Assembly: GCF_006345805.1 (NCBI RefSeq)
Contig: NC_043001.1
Coordinates: 62,992,001 to 63,056,000, forward strand
DNA: 64,000 nt
Origin: Octopus sinensis
Taxonomy: Eukaryota
Direction of reading: 5' to 3'
The notes beneath the pieces are model-generated. The model saw only the letters and a list, made by a program, of their open reading frames with translations. It was not told the origin of the DNA and did no database searches. Numbering within the stretch: the first letter of the stretch is position 1; each line of letters starts with the position of its first letter. Positions 1 to 11,473 of the stretch are shown piece by piece. A program made the position numbers and the translations under genes.

Positions 1-444
1 TTCATTTGATGTCTTGGAATAAACAATTTTATTAAATTTTACATTATTGATATTGAGGTACTACTGATTAGATAGGAAACTGTTACAATATACCCACATT
101 TGCTTGATTTATCAGAAGATTTGTTCCAGAGATTAAACAATAGTAAGCAATAGTTTGATTTATTTCTTAAGAACCTTTACAAAATTGAAAAATTAGAAAA
201 TGTAATTAATATTTCTCAGATTGTTGCATCATTCCAACTTTTGGTTGTTTTGCCTAATTACCTAAAAAAATAAAAGTGAAAATATTGTAAATAATGGGAT
301 TAAATTTTACAAAGTTTGTGTGAATAAAATTTTTTGGCATTTGAAATATATTAAAGAATTAGTTTAATGTTGACAGTTGAAGAATTAGACTTCAGCAAAC
401 TATCATGTTACTTGTTTGTTACAATACATAAATTATGTTAAATT

Positions 445-469
445 ATTTTTGTTTTTCTTTCAGGTAAGT
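445..469 (+). promoter_or_regulatory. Candidate recursive splice site (polypyrimidine tract-CAG|GTAAGT)
   Basis: ttattttttgtttttctttCAG (461-463) is immediately followed by a perfect donor GTAAGT (464-469). Confidence 0.45.
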
Positions 470-510
470 AACCCTGCTTTTTACTCCTAACTCTGGATAT
501 TTTATAGCAG

Positions 511-579
511 GCACTTTGTGGCCAGGAGTCCAGATTTATCCACTGTTTATCCATGCTGCAGTCTATTATGGTACAAGTG
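511..579 (+). other. Possible small host exon (unidentified protein)
   Basis: Branch-like CCTAAC at 486-491 and tandem acceptor TAG/CAG at 505-510. All three frames are open to the possible donors at 571 or 580 (e.g. TLWPGVQIYPLFIHAAVYYGTS or ALCGQESRFIHCLSMLQSIM). No protein recognised. Confidence 0.2.
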
Positions 580-1238
580 GTATATGCAAGATAAGAAAAG
601 TATTTTTATTTAATCATTTTGTTGAACAGCTTGTCTTTCTTTGTAACAATATTTATTTTATGAAATGCACAACTTAGATTGGCATAGATTATGACTTAAT
701 GTTACAAAGACCAATATAATTTTACTGAGTGTTTATGTTAGACATCTCTCTCACTCTAATATACCTTGTACAACAACAACAGCAACAATATATTCCACAT
801 CTGTAAAATTTACAGTCTGATAGCTACGAGGTTTTCCTTTATCAGTTCTGTCAAAAATTACTTTAATCTGTAAACAATTTGAACATGTATATTTTATGAT
901 AGACCTTTTATTTTAGGCCATTATTGTCCTTGTTGTAATCACTGTCAACATGAGAACTTTTCCTCAACAGTCTTGAAGGCCTTGCTAAAAAGTGTAGGGT
1001 TTTTAATTTCTTTGATTTCTGGATAATATATCAAAATGAAAACATCATCACTGTCATGGTGTGAACTGTAAGGAGAACTATGTTGAGAAATAAGCCTCAT
1101 TTGGTCACATTCCATCAGAGTGTCTTAATCAGCCCATGCATGTTTCAACCAACCTTTGTATTTAATAACCACTCTTAGTAACATTAAAACTTGGAGTGTT
1201 ATCTTGTGGGATAATTTCAATATCCTAGATTCTTTAGA

Positions 1239-1300
1239 CCAGGCATGAGCAACTTTTCCGAGAAGCAGGCCGCATGAGATATGGCTCATCATCAGGCAGG
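1239..1300 (+). mobile_element. hAT-type MITE end (degenerate)
   Basis: CAGGCATGAGCAAC...GGCCGCATG resembles typical hAT/Charlie MITE termini; the partner end was not found. Confidence 0.25.
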
Positions 1301-2168
1301 CTGCAAGCGCTTATTTACATTTGTACCCACATTTAAAAAAAAGGGTGGTAACTCAAGTTTTGATTTGTTTCTTCAGAATTTGTACAGGTTTTCCTCGGTC
1401 ATAAAAATGATAGAAAGATAAATTACAACTGAAAAGCTGGGGTAAAAAAAAATCAAAGATTTCACTTTCATTTAATTGTAGATTTTATTATTCTGATATG
1501 TAAATTAGCACCAAAACTTTTTCCCTGGAGAAAAGAATTATTATGAATGTTTGTTTTTGAAACAAAACATGTGAATATCTGCCAATATTGAAAACCTTAC
1601 TTTCAATGAAAGATTGCAAAATTCACAAAATATCGTACTTAATCATTGTTATGTATGTGGTTTAGTCGAACCTTTTCAAGCTATGGTTGCAACTGAAGTG
1701 GCTTTGATTATTGCTCAGCTGGATGAAGACTGATCAAGGGTCATCATAATAGATATTTACCTTTCTATCATGATACCTTATTGCTTATAATTCTATAACA
1801 ACCAGATGCTGTAATAGCCCACTTGTAAATGGCTTCCCAAATAATTGTTGGGGTAAAACAAACTGAAAAATAGAAATAAATTTGTGTGTGTGTGTGTGTG
1901 TAAGAGTGATAGGTACAGTTGTTTCTAATGTAGTCTTTAAAATAGACTAGTTAGTTCCAATTGATTTATTTATTTGAAATATAGTCTCTTCTCCCAATTA
2001 TAAAGATATTTCCTTCAGCAGTGAATAAAACTGTCTGAATTTTCAAAACTTCCTTTTAAGCTGCCTTATTTGGAAAGACAAACAGAAAATATGATTAGTT
2101 GATGTCTTGTATTGTTGAAGATTTATTCTCTGTATTGGTATGTGGAACATTTCTGCCAGTAATATTTA

Positions 2169-2390
2169 TTAACCCTTTAGCATTCAAATTACTCTTTCAA
2201 ATTTATTGTTTATTTATTCACATTGTTTTGAATTAATCATGTATTATCTTGTAGCTTTCTGATTTCAATGATGTGATTGTGTATTTTTAGAATCATATTG
2301 TAGGGTAGGTGTGAGAAGCTAGATCTAGTTGGCTTGAATTCAGAATTGATAGAATATTTGAACCAGATGTGGTCAGTTTAACTGTATGGA
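2169..2390 (+). mobile_element. piggyBac-type MITE, copy 1 (3' end degraded)
   Basis: Starts TTAA-CCCTTTAGCATT; body is similar to copy 2 (aattaatcat, gtagggtaggtgtg.gaagc.agatct). Confidence 0.55.
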
Positions 2391-2443
2391 ATATAAACAG
2401 TTTCTCTTTACTTTTTGAAATTATAAGTTTGTCCAACTCTACT

Positions 2444-2674
2444 TCAACCCTTTAGCATTAAGATTATTCTATTAAATGTAATACTTGTTTATTCTAATTG
2501 TTTTAAATTAATCATACATACATTATCTTGTTATTTCAAGATTTTGATCATGTGATTGTTTATTTTATAATGACATGGTAGGGTAGGGTAGGTGTGGGAA
2601 GCCAGATCTGACTTGTTTGAACATAGGTAGAATGTTTGGGCTGGATATGGCTGGTTTAAATGCTTAAGGATTAA
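2444..2674 (+). mobile_element. piggyBac-type MITE, copy 2
   Basis: CCCTTTAGCATT left end and GGTTTAAATGCTTAAGGA-TTAA right end, an imperfect TIR with TTAA. Confidence 0.6.
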
Positions 2675-3379
2675 ATTGTTGAAATAACACTGTGTACAGC
2701 AGTTGTAGGTTTAGAAGCAATAAGTTACATTTAAAGAAATTGAAATAAAGGGTGCAGTTACACTTGATTCTATTTATTGTATTAGGAAAATAATTTTATT
2801 TGCTATAATTATTATGATCTAATTTCTCATAAAAATTCATACGTATACAACAAAAGCAACAAAAGCCAAACAAACTCCATACTTTCTCTGATATCATCAA
2901 ACTCTGCCATCATGTACAAGATGACCAAAGAATGTTGCTGTCAAGAACAGTCAGCAATATCGTCTTTTAGCTTCTCCACATGATGAATAGTTCCTTTCTC
3001 AGGTGTGACATCTTTATTATAATTTGATGGAAGGGAGCAATAGTGCAGTTTTACTAAAGACTGTCTTAACAGTGATCAACACAAACGAAAAAAAATGGAG
3101 GAATGACAGCTAATTTCTTATCTTCTACTCCTCTGTGTTGCAGGCAGCAGCTCTTGATGTTGCCCCAGTTGGATTGATTGACATCATACTTGGCAACAGC
3201 AAGACCAGACAGGCTGCATCATGATCTACATTAGAGTTAGCTGTGTTATGGAGAACCTTGGGGACAAGTATATAGATGGAGGTGATGAAGAAAAGATGAG
3301 TTGGCAATATTACTATGTGAAACACAATTCCAACTTATTAGAATTAACAAAACAACAAACTGTTTTCATAATTTAGCAA

Positions 3380-3747
3380 TACTCTTTTACTTGTTTCAGT
3401 CATTTGACTGTGGCCGAGCAAATCTACTCCAGGACTTATTCTTTGTAAGCCTAGTACTTATTCTATCGGTCTCTTTTGCTGAACTGCTAATTTACGGGGA
3501 TGACCATCGGTTGTCAAGCGATGTTGGAGGACAAACACAGACACACAAATGTATACACACACACACATACATGCATGAATACAATGGGTTTCTTTCAGTT
3601 TCCGTCTACCAAATCTTCTCACAAGGCTTTGGTTGGCCCGAGGCTATAGTAGAAGACACTTACCCAGGGTGCCATACAGTGGGACTGAACTCAGAACCAT
3701 GTGGTTCGTAACCAAGCTACTTACCACACAGCCACTCCTACGCCTAT
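3380..3747 (-). mobile_element. tRNA-derived SINE (family B)
   Basis: Minus strand starts ATAGGCGTAGGAGTGGCTGTGTGGTAAG with B-box-like GAGTTCAGTCC, has an internal (TG)n tract and tail ...GACTGAAACAAGTAAAAGAGT; related copies occur at 26.5-26.8 kb and 10.0-10.2 kb. Confidence 0.8.
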
Positions 3748-3761
3748 ATTTTAATTTCAAT

Positions 3762-3895
3762 TGCCTTTGACTCAAGGGGAGAGAGACATCTTCTGCCAGT
3801 AGATGTAACAGCTTTCTGAACTTTGTTCATCCTATTCTTATTCTGGTGGCTACACTTTCAGAACATTATCCTCTTAAGTAACAGAGACTATATCT
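3762..3895 (-). repeat. 134-bp local duplicate of the RTE fragment at 5491-5624
   Basis: Near-identical by eye: 2 substitutions and 1 indel. Confidence 0.9.
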
Positions 3896-4089
3896 GGGCT
3901 TGATATGACCAGTTTAAATGCTAAATGTGACCAAATCCTGCCTCTGATACTTACCATACAATATTCACTCTAAAAACAAAAATTACATCATCAATATTTC
4001 AAAGCTATTAGATAATACAGGATTAATTCAAAACAATGTGAATAAATACGCATTACATATGACAGAATAATCTGAATGCGAAACAGTTA

Positions 4090-4270
4090 ACATCTGCTTT
4101 CCATGCTTGTGTTGGTTGGACAGTTTAACTGGGAACTGGTGAGCTGCAGGGCTGTATCAAGCTCTAATGTCATCTTTGGTATGATTTCTATGGCTGGATG
4201 CCTTTCCTAATACCACCCACTGTGCAGAGTGTACTGGAAGCTTTTTTCATTCCATCAGCATCAGTGAGGT
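4090..4270 (-). mobile_element. RTE-tail-type SINE/LINE 3' end (degenerate)
   Basis: ctttccatgc...ggttggac...gctggatgcctttcctaa..c.acccac matches the better-preserved copy at 39390-39545. Confidence 0.55.
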
Positions 4271-4279
4271 TGTCAAGTA

Positions 4280-5070
4280 AGTTGTAGGATAAAAAGGAAC
4301 AAAGAAAAAGGAAAGAGAGAAAGCTCCCACTACTGAGAAAAAGTTTTTGTAAGGAGAAAGTGGAGGTAGGAGCAGTATGCCAGGTATTGAAAGACTAAAG
4401 TATGATAGAGGGGGCAAGTCCAGTTGGTTTGTTATAGAGGCTGAAAAAGACAAAGTAGTGATGGGGTGCTAGAGCAAACGCTTGAGGAGCAAGAAGGTGA
4501 GCATAAGAGAAGGCATGGACAGTGGGTCATGGGAGGAGATGAGAGAATGGACGCTTGCATAGGAATGTGAAAGAGGAGTAAACTAGTGGCGGTAGTGAGT
4601 GATGAACAAGATTTGGGGAGCAGATGATGGGAAATACCTGTATGTAGGTTATGGTGGGAGAAATAGATGTGGCTCAGGAAGGCGAATGGAATAAAAAATA
4701 TGTGCAAGGTGTAGGAACAATTGAAAGGGAGATATAGAGATACACAAGGGGCTATAGTAGGTGGGTCATGATGATAGAGTATTGAGAATGATAGCAAATA
4801 AGAGAGGGTATTTAAAATGGAGTGTAGTTGAGGGGATAGGAGGAGAGCTGTGACCAAAGCATAGAAAGAAGGTAATTGGTTGAAATAGGGTGGGCAGGAT
4901 GGTGAGTGGAAATAGTTTGGGAGTGGAGTCAAGACTGATAAGGAAGGAATGGGATGATAATATGTGCCAATACTGCTCTTAGGTGAGCAAGGCATCTAAT
5001 TAGTATCATTGATAGGTGAGGGCCGAAAATGGGTAGGGACAAATGCTTGACATGTCAGAAAGAGGAGGGG
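4280..5070 (-). mobile_element. Highly degenerate LINE-like remnant
   Basis: Strong purine skew on +; the 187-aa minus ORF is low complexity and no motif is recognised with certainty. Confidence 0.25.
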
Positions 5071-5129
5071 GACAGGACCTCTTGCATACATGCATAACTG
5101 AGTGGTTTTAGGATATCATTTTTGTATAA

Positions 5130-5705
5130 TGAGCTGGTCTTCTCGAGCACAGCAAAACACTAGTCATTTCAGTCCTTTGTCATCATCATCTTGAGGTTCA
5201 GCTTCTTCAGATAAACTGTCAATTCTTCATTCCATGTCTTCCTAGGTCTCCTTCTCCCATAAGTTCCATCCACTTTAAATAATTAACATTTTCTTTATGA
5301 ATCCTCATCAGCTTGATCTTCATTCTTGCATGCTACATCTGCTTCCTCTTATGCCTAACTTTTGTCTTAATACATTTGAACTTTGCCCATCGAGCTTCAT
5401 TCCTTTCTAATCTTTGCATCTTCTCTGCATTCAGGGCCTACATCTTACTACCATGTAGCATTGCTGTATGTACACAAGCATCATACACTCTGCCTTTGAC
5501 TCAAGGGGAGAGAGACATCTTCTGCCAGTAGATGTAACAGCTTTCTGAACTTTGTTCATCCTATTCTTATTCTGGTGGCTATACTTTCAGAACATTATCC
5601 TCTTAAGTAATAGAGACTATATCTATTACCTCTTGAGTTCCTCCTGGGCACTTGAGAAGATCAATTTCCCATGTGACATCAGGCTTTATGACACCTGTGC
5701 ATCTC
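5130..5705 (-). mobile_element. RTE-clade LINE 3' fragment (pseudogenic RT C-terminus)
   Basis: Minus translation across frameshifts gives RVYDACVHTAMLHGSK, RNEARWAK and GRRPRKTWNE, ending AVLEKT. Confidence 0.75.
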
Positions 5706-5745
5706 CCACATACAAAAAGTATTTTTTCTTTTAATATTCCTGTGA

Positions 5746-5966
5746 AAGGCGGTGAGCTGGCAGAAACATTAGCATGCTGGGCAAAATACTTAGCAGTATT
5801 TCATTTGTCTTTATGTTCTGAGTTCAAATTCTGTCATGGTCGACTTTGCTTTTCATCCTTTTGGGGTTGATAAATTAAGTGCCATTTGCATACTGGGGTC
5901 GATCTAATCAACTGGCCTCCTCCCCCAAAATTTTTGGGCTTTGTGCCTAGAGTAGACAAGGATATT
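5746..5966 (+). mobile_element. SINE (family A)
   Basis: AAGGCGGTGAGCTGGCAGAAAC...TTCTGAGTTCAAATTC...GTCGACTTTGC.TTTCATCC; at least 6 copies in the window. Confidence 0.8.
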
Positions 5967-6069
5967 CCTGTGATTCTATTGCATCTCTTGTGTGTCCATT
6001 GCTTATATTGGGTACACTATATGGAATTTATGCTTACACTTTTACTATATATTGAGCAGATTTTTATCT

Positions 6070-6680
6070 GAAGCAGGCAGCTGAAGCAGAAGGACTGATT
6101 CTCGTTGCACAAGACCAATATCTGACCATAACAACTATGAAAGCAAAATAATGAAAGTAGGCCCTAACACCAAATGCAGAATGTGCAACTAGCACAAAGA
6201 GACAGTTGACCACATAATTCCTGGCTTTCCAGACGTTGCCGAATATGAATATACATGTATACAGACATGACCGAGTAAGTGGTTATATCCACTGAACAAT
6301 ATGCCAACACTACAACATAAAAACTGATAAGAAATGGTATAAATAAGGTACATGACAATGACCAGGTCACAATCATCTGGTCTATACTTGTTCAAACTGA
6401 CAAAGACATAAAATGTAATCACCCAGACAATAATCAAGGATTGGAAAAAAGCACCTGCTTACTGACAGACATTGCAGTCCTTTCTGATGACAGTATTGCC
6501 CAAAATGAAGTGCAAAGACCTTGAAACTGAATATTCAAGATGTGGGGTATGAAAGTGAAAACCAGAAATAACTAGAGCATTGCGCTTCATAAAAAAACCA
6601 TATGAACAAAAATGTAGAAACTATGCCTGGATCCTCAACACAACACACTATCCAAAAAATAACTTCCTACACAAGACACT
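6070..6680 (+). mobile_element. R4/Dong-clade non-LTR retrotransposon C-terminal fragment (CCHC finger + restriction-like endonuclease)
   Basis: Frameshifted translation EGLILVAQDQ, CRMC..ETVDHII, YRHDRV, YIH-TICQHY, VQTDKDIKCNHPD, LLTDIAV, RMWGMKVK. Confidence 0.8.
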
Positions 6681-6990
6681 CAATTCAATAGTACAACCCA
6701 AATAAAACAATCTACAAACACAAGACACATGCTATATTACAAATATTCAATAAAATAAGCTATCTCCAACAGGCCGGATACCCAACAGAACACAACTTGC
6801 TTTACACACACAACACACAATATAAGAAAAGATTGCAACCAGATCCCATAACAACAAAACTGACACAATATCAAGAAGAGTTTGCACTCTCCCAACAACA
6901 AGAAAGAACATACAATGCTGCACACATCCCAGCAACACAGAAGTGTAGTAGGTGATGCAATAGAAATTTGCCTGGAACTACCAAATGTTG

Positions 6991-7208
6991 AATAATCCTT
7001 TCTACTATAGGCACAAGACCTGAAATTTTGGGGAAGGGGCAAGTCAGTTACACCGACTCCAGTACTCAACTGGTACTTAATTTATCGACCCTGAAAGAAT
7101 GAAAAGCAAAGTTGACCTTGGGGGAATTTGAACTCAGAATGTAGTGGTAGACGAAATACCACTAAGCATTTCACCTTGCATGCTAACGATTCTGCTTGCT
7201 CACTGTCT
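6991..7208 (-). mobile_element. SINE (family A)
   Basis: Reverse complement of the 5746-5966 family. Confidence 0.8.
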
Positions 7209-7240
7209 TAATAATACAATTATAATAATAATAATACTAA

Positions 7241-8177
7241 CACAATGTAACACATTTTGTTTATTTGTATTTTTTGATGTTCATATATGCATTTTTTGCC
7301 TCTAAATTAAAAAATCATATTTGTTTTGATGTAACATCGATAGTTATTTATTTATTCCTAATTGCATATTTGCTCATTATATTTGTAACTTTTCTCTACA
7401 GCACTTTGTTGGTTCAATCTATTCTAGTATTCTAAGGATAATTACACAACATTTAGTACTTTTTCATATATTGAAAGATATGTAGGAAGTATAATATTAG
7501 TTAGAAGAAAATGAAACAATAAATATTTTCTGGTGGTAGTGGTACTTGTAAACTGACATCATGTGGGACAGGTGCTCTAGATGGTGGTATGTCTGGATAC
7601 TGAAGAGCTTGTCTTCCTTTCACTTTTCTGTACTTTGTCACATTGATCATACAAAAGTAACAGTCATCGTGATGGTTCTTTGGCTCTCTCCATACCCTTG
7701 GAATGGCAAAAGGCATTGACCTTCCTGTACCTCTTAACCATCCTTCTAGAGTAGATCGACAGCTTCCACATAATAACATGTGGTGCCCATGGTTTGTCCT
7801 GGTCACCCATGGGCATTCCGAAATAGAGTCTATATGCTATCCACAATTTGGTACCTTTCATGATCTTATGCTTTTTCCAATATATTAAGCACACACATAG
7901 CAAAATGTATCAGGAGAATTTTTACATACTCTAGTAGCCATCCTGAAAGTAACAGAACTTAGTAATTAGTCTGAAAAAGAAAATTAGACATAAATTTAGT
8001 AGTGGAACATTATAACAATACTGAATATATAATAACATTGAAAGTCGACATATTTTTTTAACTGTTGATGATACACAAAAAATAATTTCATTTTTGGAAT
8101 CAGCAGAAAAAATGGATTGATAAACAATTAAAAAAATACAATAAACAATTTTTTTTTTTGAAAATTGTTACATTGTG
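7241..8177 (-). mobile_element. Internally deleted Chapaev3-like DNA transposon (N-terminal zinc-finger part of transposase only)
   Basis: 12-bp exact TIR CACAATGTAACA / TGTTACATTGTG with flanking TAA 3-bp TSD. Frameshifted ORF reads YFGMPMGDQDKPWAPH..CGSCRSTLEGWLRG..FAIPRVWREPKNHHDDCYFC. Confidence 0.8.
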
Positions 8178-8181
8178 TAAT

Positions 8182-9400
8182 AATGAACTTATTGTATACA
8201 GTGCTCAGGGGCACTATAACTCATCAGAAAAAAAGTAACCAAAAACTGCATGAACAGTACATAGAATATGCACAGGAAGTAAATAAGTCTTCAGAAAAAA
8301 AATTAATGTAACCGGTGTGGGTGCATCAGGTGTGCTATTGGTGAATTTCAGGGAGCATGGAAGTTTTGAAGGATATAGTGTCTTGACAGCTAACAACTGA
8401 AGCAGGTGGTTTATTCCATACTTCAGCAATTCTGAGCATTAAAAAAAATGATTCCAAAAGTCATGGGTGCTATGTTGTTTTTTTGATTTTGCAAGCATGT
8501 CCATGAATGTTAGGTATATGGAATTAAAAAAAAGTGCCTAAAGTGGTTGTTGGAAAGATGGTGGATAGTCTTGTGGGTGTCTACCAAGTCAGTTGCCAGA
8601 TGTCAGAGCTTTAATGTGTCCATGCCCAGAGAAGCAAGCTGTTCAGAGTATGGTAGATGCTTGATGGCAGGTATTCTTCTTGTTGCACATTTCCAAACAG
8701 TTGCCAAGCAAAATAGGGGTTCCAGACAGGTGATGTAAACTATGAGTGGACATACCATATACATCTTTAAATAGATTGCTGGAGACTGACTGACAAAAGT
8801 CTATGTGATTCTAAGACACCCTCAGCTTTTTTGACAATCTTGGAGATGTAGTTTGTCCAATGCAGATTACTGTTGACACTAATACCCCAGTCATGTTCAC
8901 CAACAGACTTCTTAAGATTGATGTTGTTGAGAGAGTATGTAAAAGCTGCTTTTTTCTTCTGAAAATGCATAGTAACACACTTGACCACAGCCAGCTTGAG
9001 TTGTCAGTTGGTAATCCTATGCTGTATTGTGTCCAGGTCTGATTGCAAGAAAGATCTATAGCATATAGGATCTGTTCTTTTTTTATCTGAAGGTACAACT
9101 TCATGTCATCTTCATATTTCAACACTGTAACATTCTTCAAGTTGGCATCTATGTCATTAATTTATGCAACAAACAGCAGGGGTCTAAAACCAGAATTACG
9201 ATCCCATCTGTTTCCTTACCCTCTAGAAACTTGGTTTTTGCTAACTTTAAAACCCTTTAAGTGCAAGTTTTGCTTCCACATCTTGAATTTCTTTTCTAAT
9301 TCTGTTAAGATTCTTTTATGAGAGCATGATATCAGCATGTAGCTGGTCTTAAATTCCTCTGGTATGGTCTGGAGGACAACAATTAACAGGAGGAGATTGA
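8182..9400 (-). mobile_element. CR1/L2-like LINE 3' fragment
   Basis: KYEDDMKLYL (YADD motif), KCVTMHF, HDWGISVNSNLHW, IVKKAEGVL; 3' stem-loop and (ATT)n tail near 8180-8230. Confidence 0.65.
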
Positions 9401-9429
9401 GAACTGACTTCTGGTTAAGTCATACTTAC

Positions 9430-9900
9430 ACATTAAATTTGTCAGTGTATTCATGACTGACTCTCACTTTACTGGAAAAAAAAACCTGTACATGGCTTGT
9501 ACAACTTTCACAAGCTATTCATTCATCTATTTCTAGCTTCTTCAGAGACCACCATATCACAGTGAGGGACTTTATTGAAGGCTTTCTCCAGGTCAACAAA
9601 TGCCAAGTATAATGCTTTACTCTTAGCTAAATACTTTTCCTGCAGTTGTCTAAGAAGATAACATCAGTTGTATTTCTCCCTAGCACTCTATCTCATCTGC
9701 TTTAATTAATTTTCTATTTAATTGTGCTACAGCTCTCTCCATAACTTTCATGATCTGGTTCAGCAATTTGATATCTCTATAATTACTTCTATCTAAGGCA
9801 TCTCCTTTAACCTTATAACAACTGACTATAATGCAGCCATTGTGGATGACACCTTGCTAAGTAACTTGATTAACTATATGGGTGACAAGATTAGTTTAAT
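9430..9900 (-). mobile_element. RTE LINE RT fragment
   Basis: LRQLQEKYLAKSKALYLAFVDLEKAFNKVP on the minus strand at about 9560-9660. Confidence 0.7.
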
Positions 9901-9959
9901 TCTAATTAATCATTCTTAAAGTTAATTAACATTAGGTGCAAGTGTGGCCTCTTGTTTTC

Positions 9960-10210
9960 TTTTATAGCCTCACACAGTTTTGTGAGTAGATTTGTTAGAT
10001 GGAAGCTGAAAGAAGCCTGTCATCAATATATATATATATGTTCTTTGTGTTCCTCCCTCCCACACAAACTTGACAACCAATATTGATTTGTTTACACTCC
10101 CATAACTTGGCAGTTCAGCTTAAGAGACTGTTAAAATAAGTACTGGAGTTGATTCATTTAACTAAAACCCTTTCAAGGCGATGCTGCGGCACAGCCACTG
10201 TACAGTTACT
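9960..10210 (+). mobile_element. 5'-truncated SINE (family B)
   Basis: tatagcctc..tgtgagtagattt..gctgaaagaagcc...aacaagtaaaag. Confidence 0.65.
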
Positions 10211-11222
10211 GGAACAAGTAAAAGATAAGAGTTAATCATTAACTATTTTGCCATGATGGTAATAGTAATGCAGAGTATCACATACTCCAGTCTTATGCTT
10301 TGTTGTAGACCCCTACTATGATCCCTATTTATTTCAGATCCTCTCTAGTGTTAGTTATCAGCTATTGCTACTTTGTGGCTCATCTAATCTATTACCATTC
10401 CATTAAAGACCATTTTAATCAGTCTTCTAATGTTTCTAACATCTACCAACATTCACAGTTTTGTTGTAGCTATTCCCTCCACCTATTCATACACCATTTC
10501 TAGTTGTTGAGATTCTATCGCTATTGTACCAAAACAAACCTACTGATGCTGGCATCATATAATTTATACGTTGAACAAAATGGACATCTCTTTTGGTTAT
10601 CAGTGGAAGCAGCTGGTCACATAACTTTTCATAGTTTTTAGAAAGTACAGTGAACCCTTGATTTATCTGAATAAATATGATGTGTTTAGGGTGTGTGGGA
10701 GATGTGTCTGTTGAAAGTCCATAACATTGAAGGTATCTCGGGAGCCTGTTTTTATTGTAAAATTATTTTTCATTACTATGTACATTTCTGTACAACATAA
10801 AATTATGAAATAAAAAAAAAATTTGTTATTTTTACTTATGGTTTTTGATAATGCAGTTTCAGAATATTTTGCCATAACCATAGTGGTAGTACTATACCAT
10901 TTATTCAGTCTCTGAAAATGGAGGTCAAAGGGAATCTTCAATCCTATATTCTTCTCCCCACTTGTATATTGAACTGTTCATATTCTTGCTTTGGTTATTC
11001 ATACGCTGTTGAACCTGCCTGTCTAGCAACACATGCATATGGTTGCCTGAGGATTTGGGTTATAACATAATGATGTATTTGCATGCATAATCTTAAGGAT
11101 ATTGCATGTCTTACATAAGTAAATGTACAATGTTGTGTTATATTAAAATCTCTTAATGAAACATTGTAGTGAGATCATACAACCTGTTTGTCTTTTCTTT
11201 TTCTTATTACATTATGTCATTA

Positions 11223-11400
11223 AAGCGGTGAGCTGGTAGAATCATTAGCACCCTGGGCAAAATGCTTAGCGGTATTTCGTCTGCTGTTACGTTCTGAGTT
11301 CAAATTCTGCCGAGGTCGACTTTGCCTTTCATCCTTTCGGGGGTTGATGAAATAGGTACCAGTTATGCACTGGAGTTGATGTAATTGATTAACACCAAGT
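11223..11400 (+). mobile_element. SINE (family A), 3'-truncated
   Basis: AAAGCGGTGAGCTGG...GTTCTGAGTTCAAATTCTGCCGAGGTCGACTTTGCC. Confidence 0.8.
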
Positions 11401-11473
11401 GTGGGGTGCTTCATTCTGATATTTAAATAGATCTTTGTCAATCTGTCTCTCAGTGCAGAGATATACGTAGATA

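Noticed and set aside
930-1120. About 60-codon open frame on the minus strand (MECDQMRLISQH...)
   Set aside because: No motif, no splice support; length attainable by chance
3301-3711. 136-aa hydrophobic ORF (also 26456-26770)
   Set aside because: Antisense read-through of a SINE
8185-8230. CTGATGA plus a good stem on the minus strand
   Set aside because: No GAAA follows; fits the 3' stem-loop of a CR1/L2-type LINE
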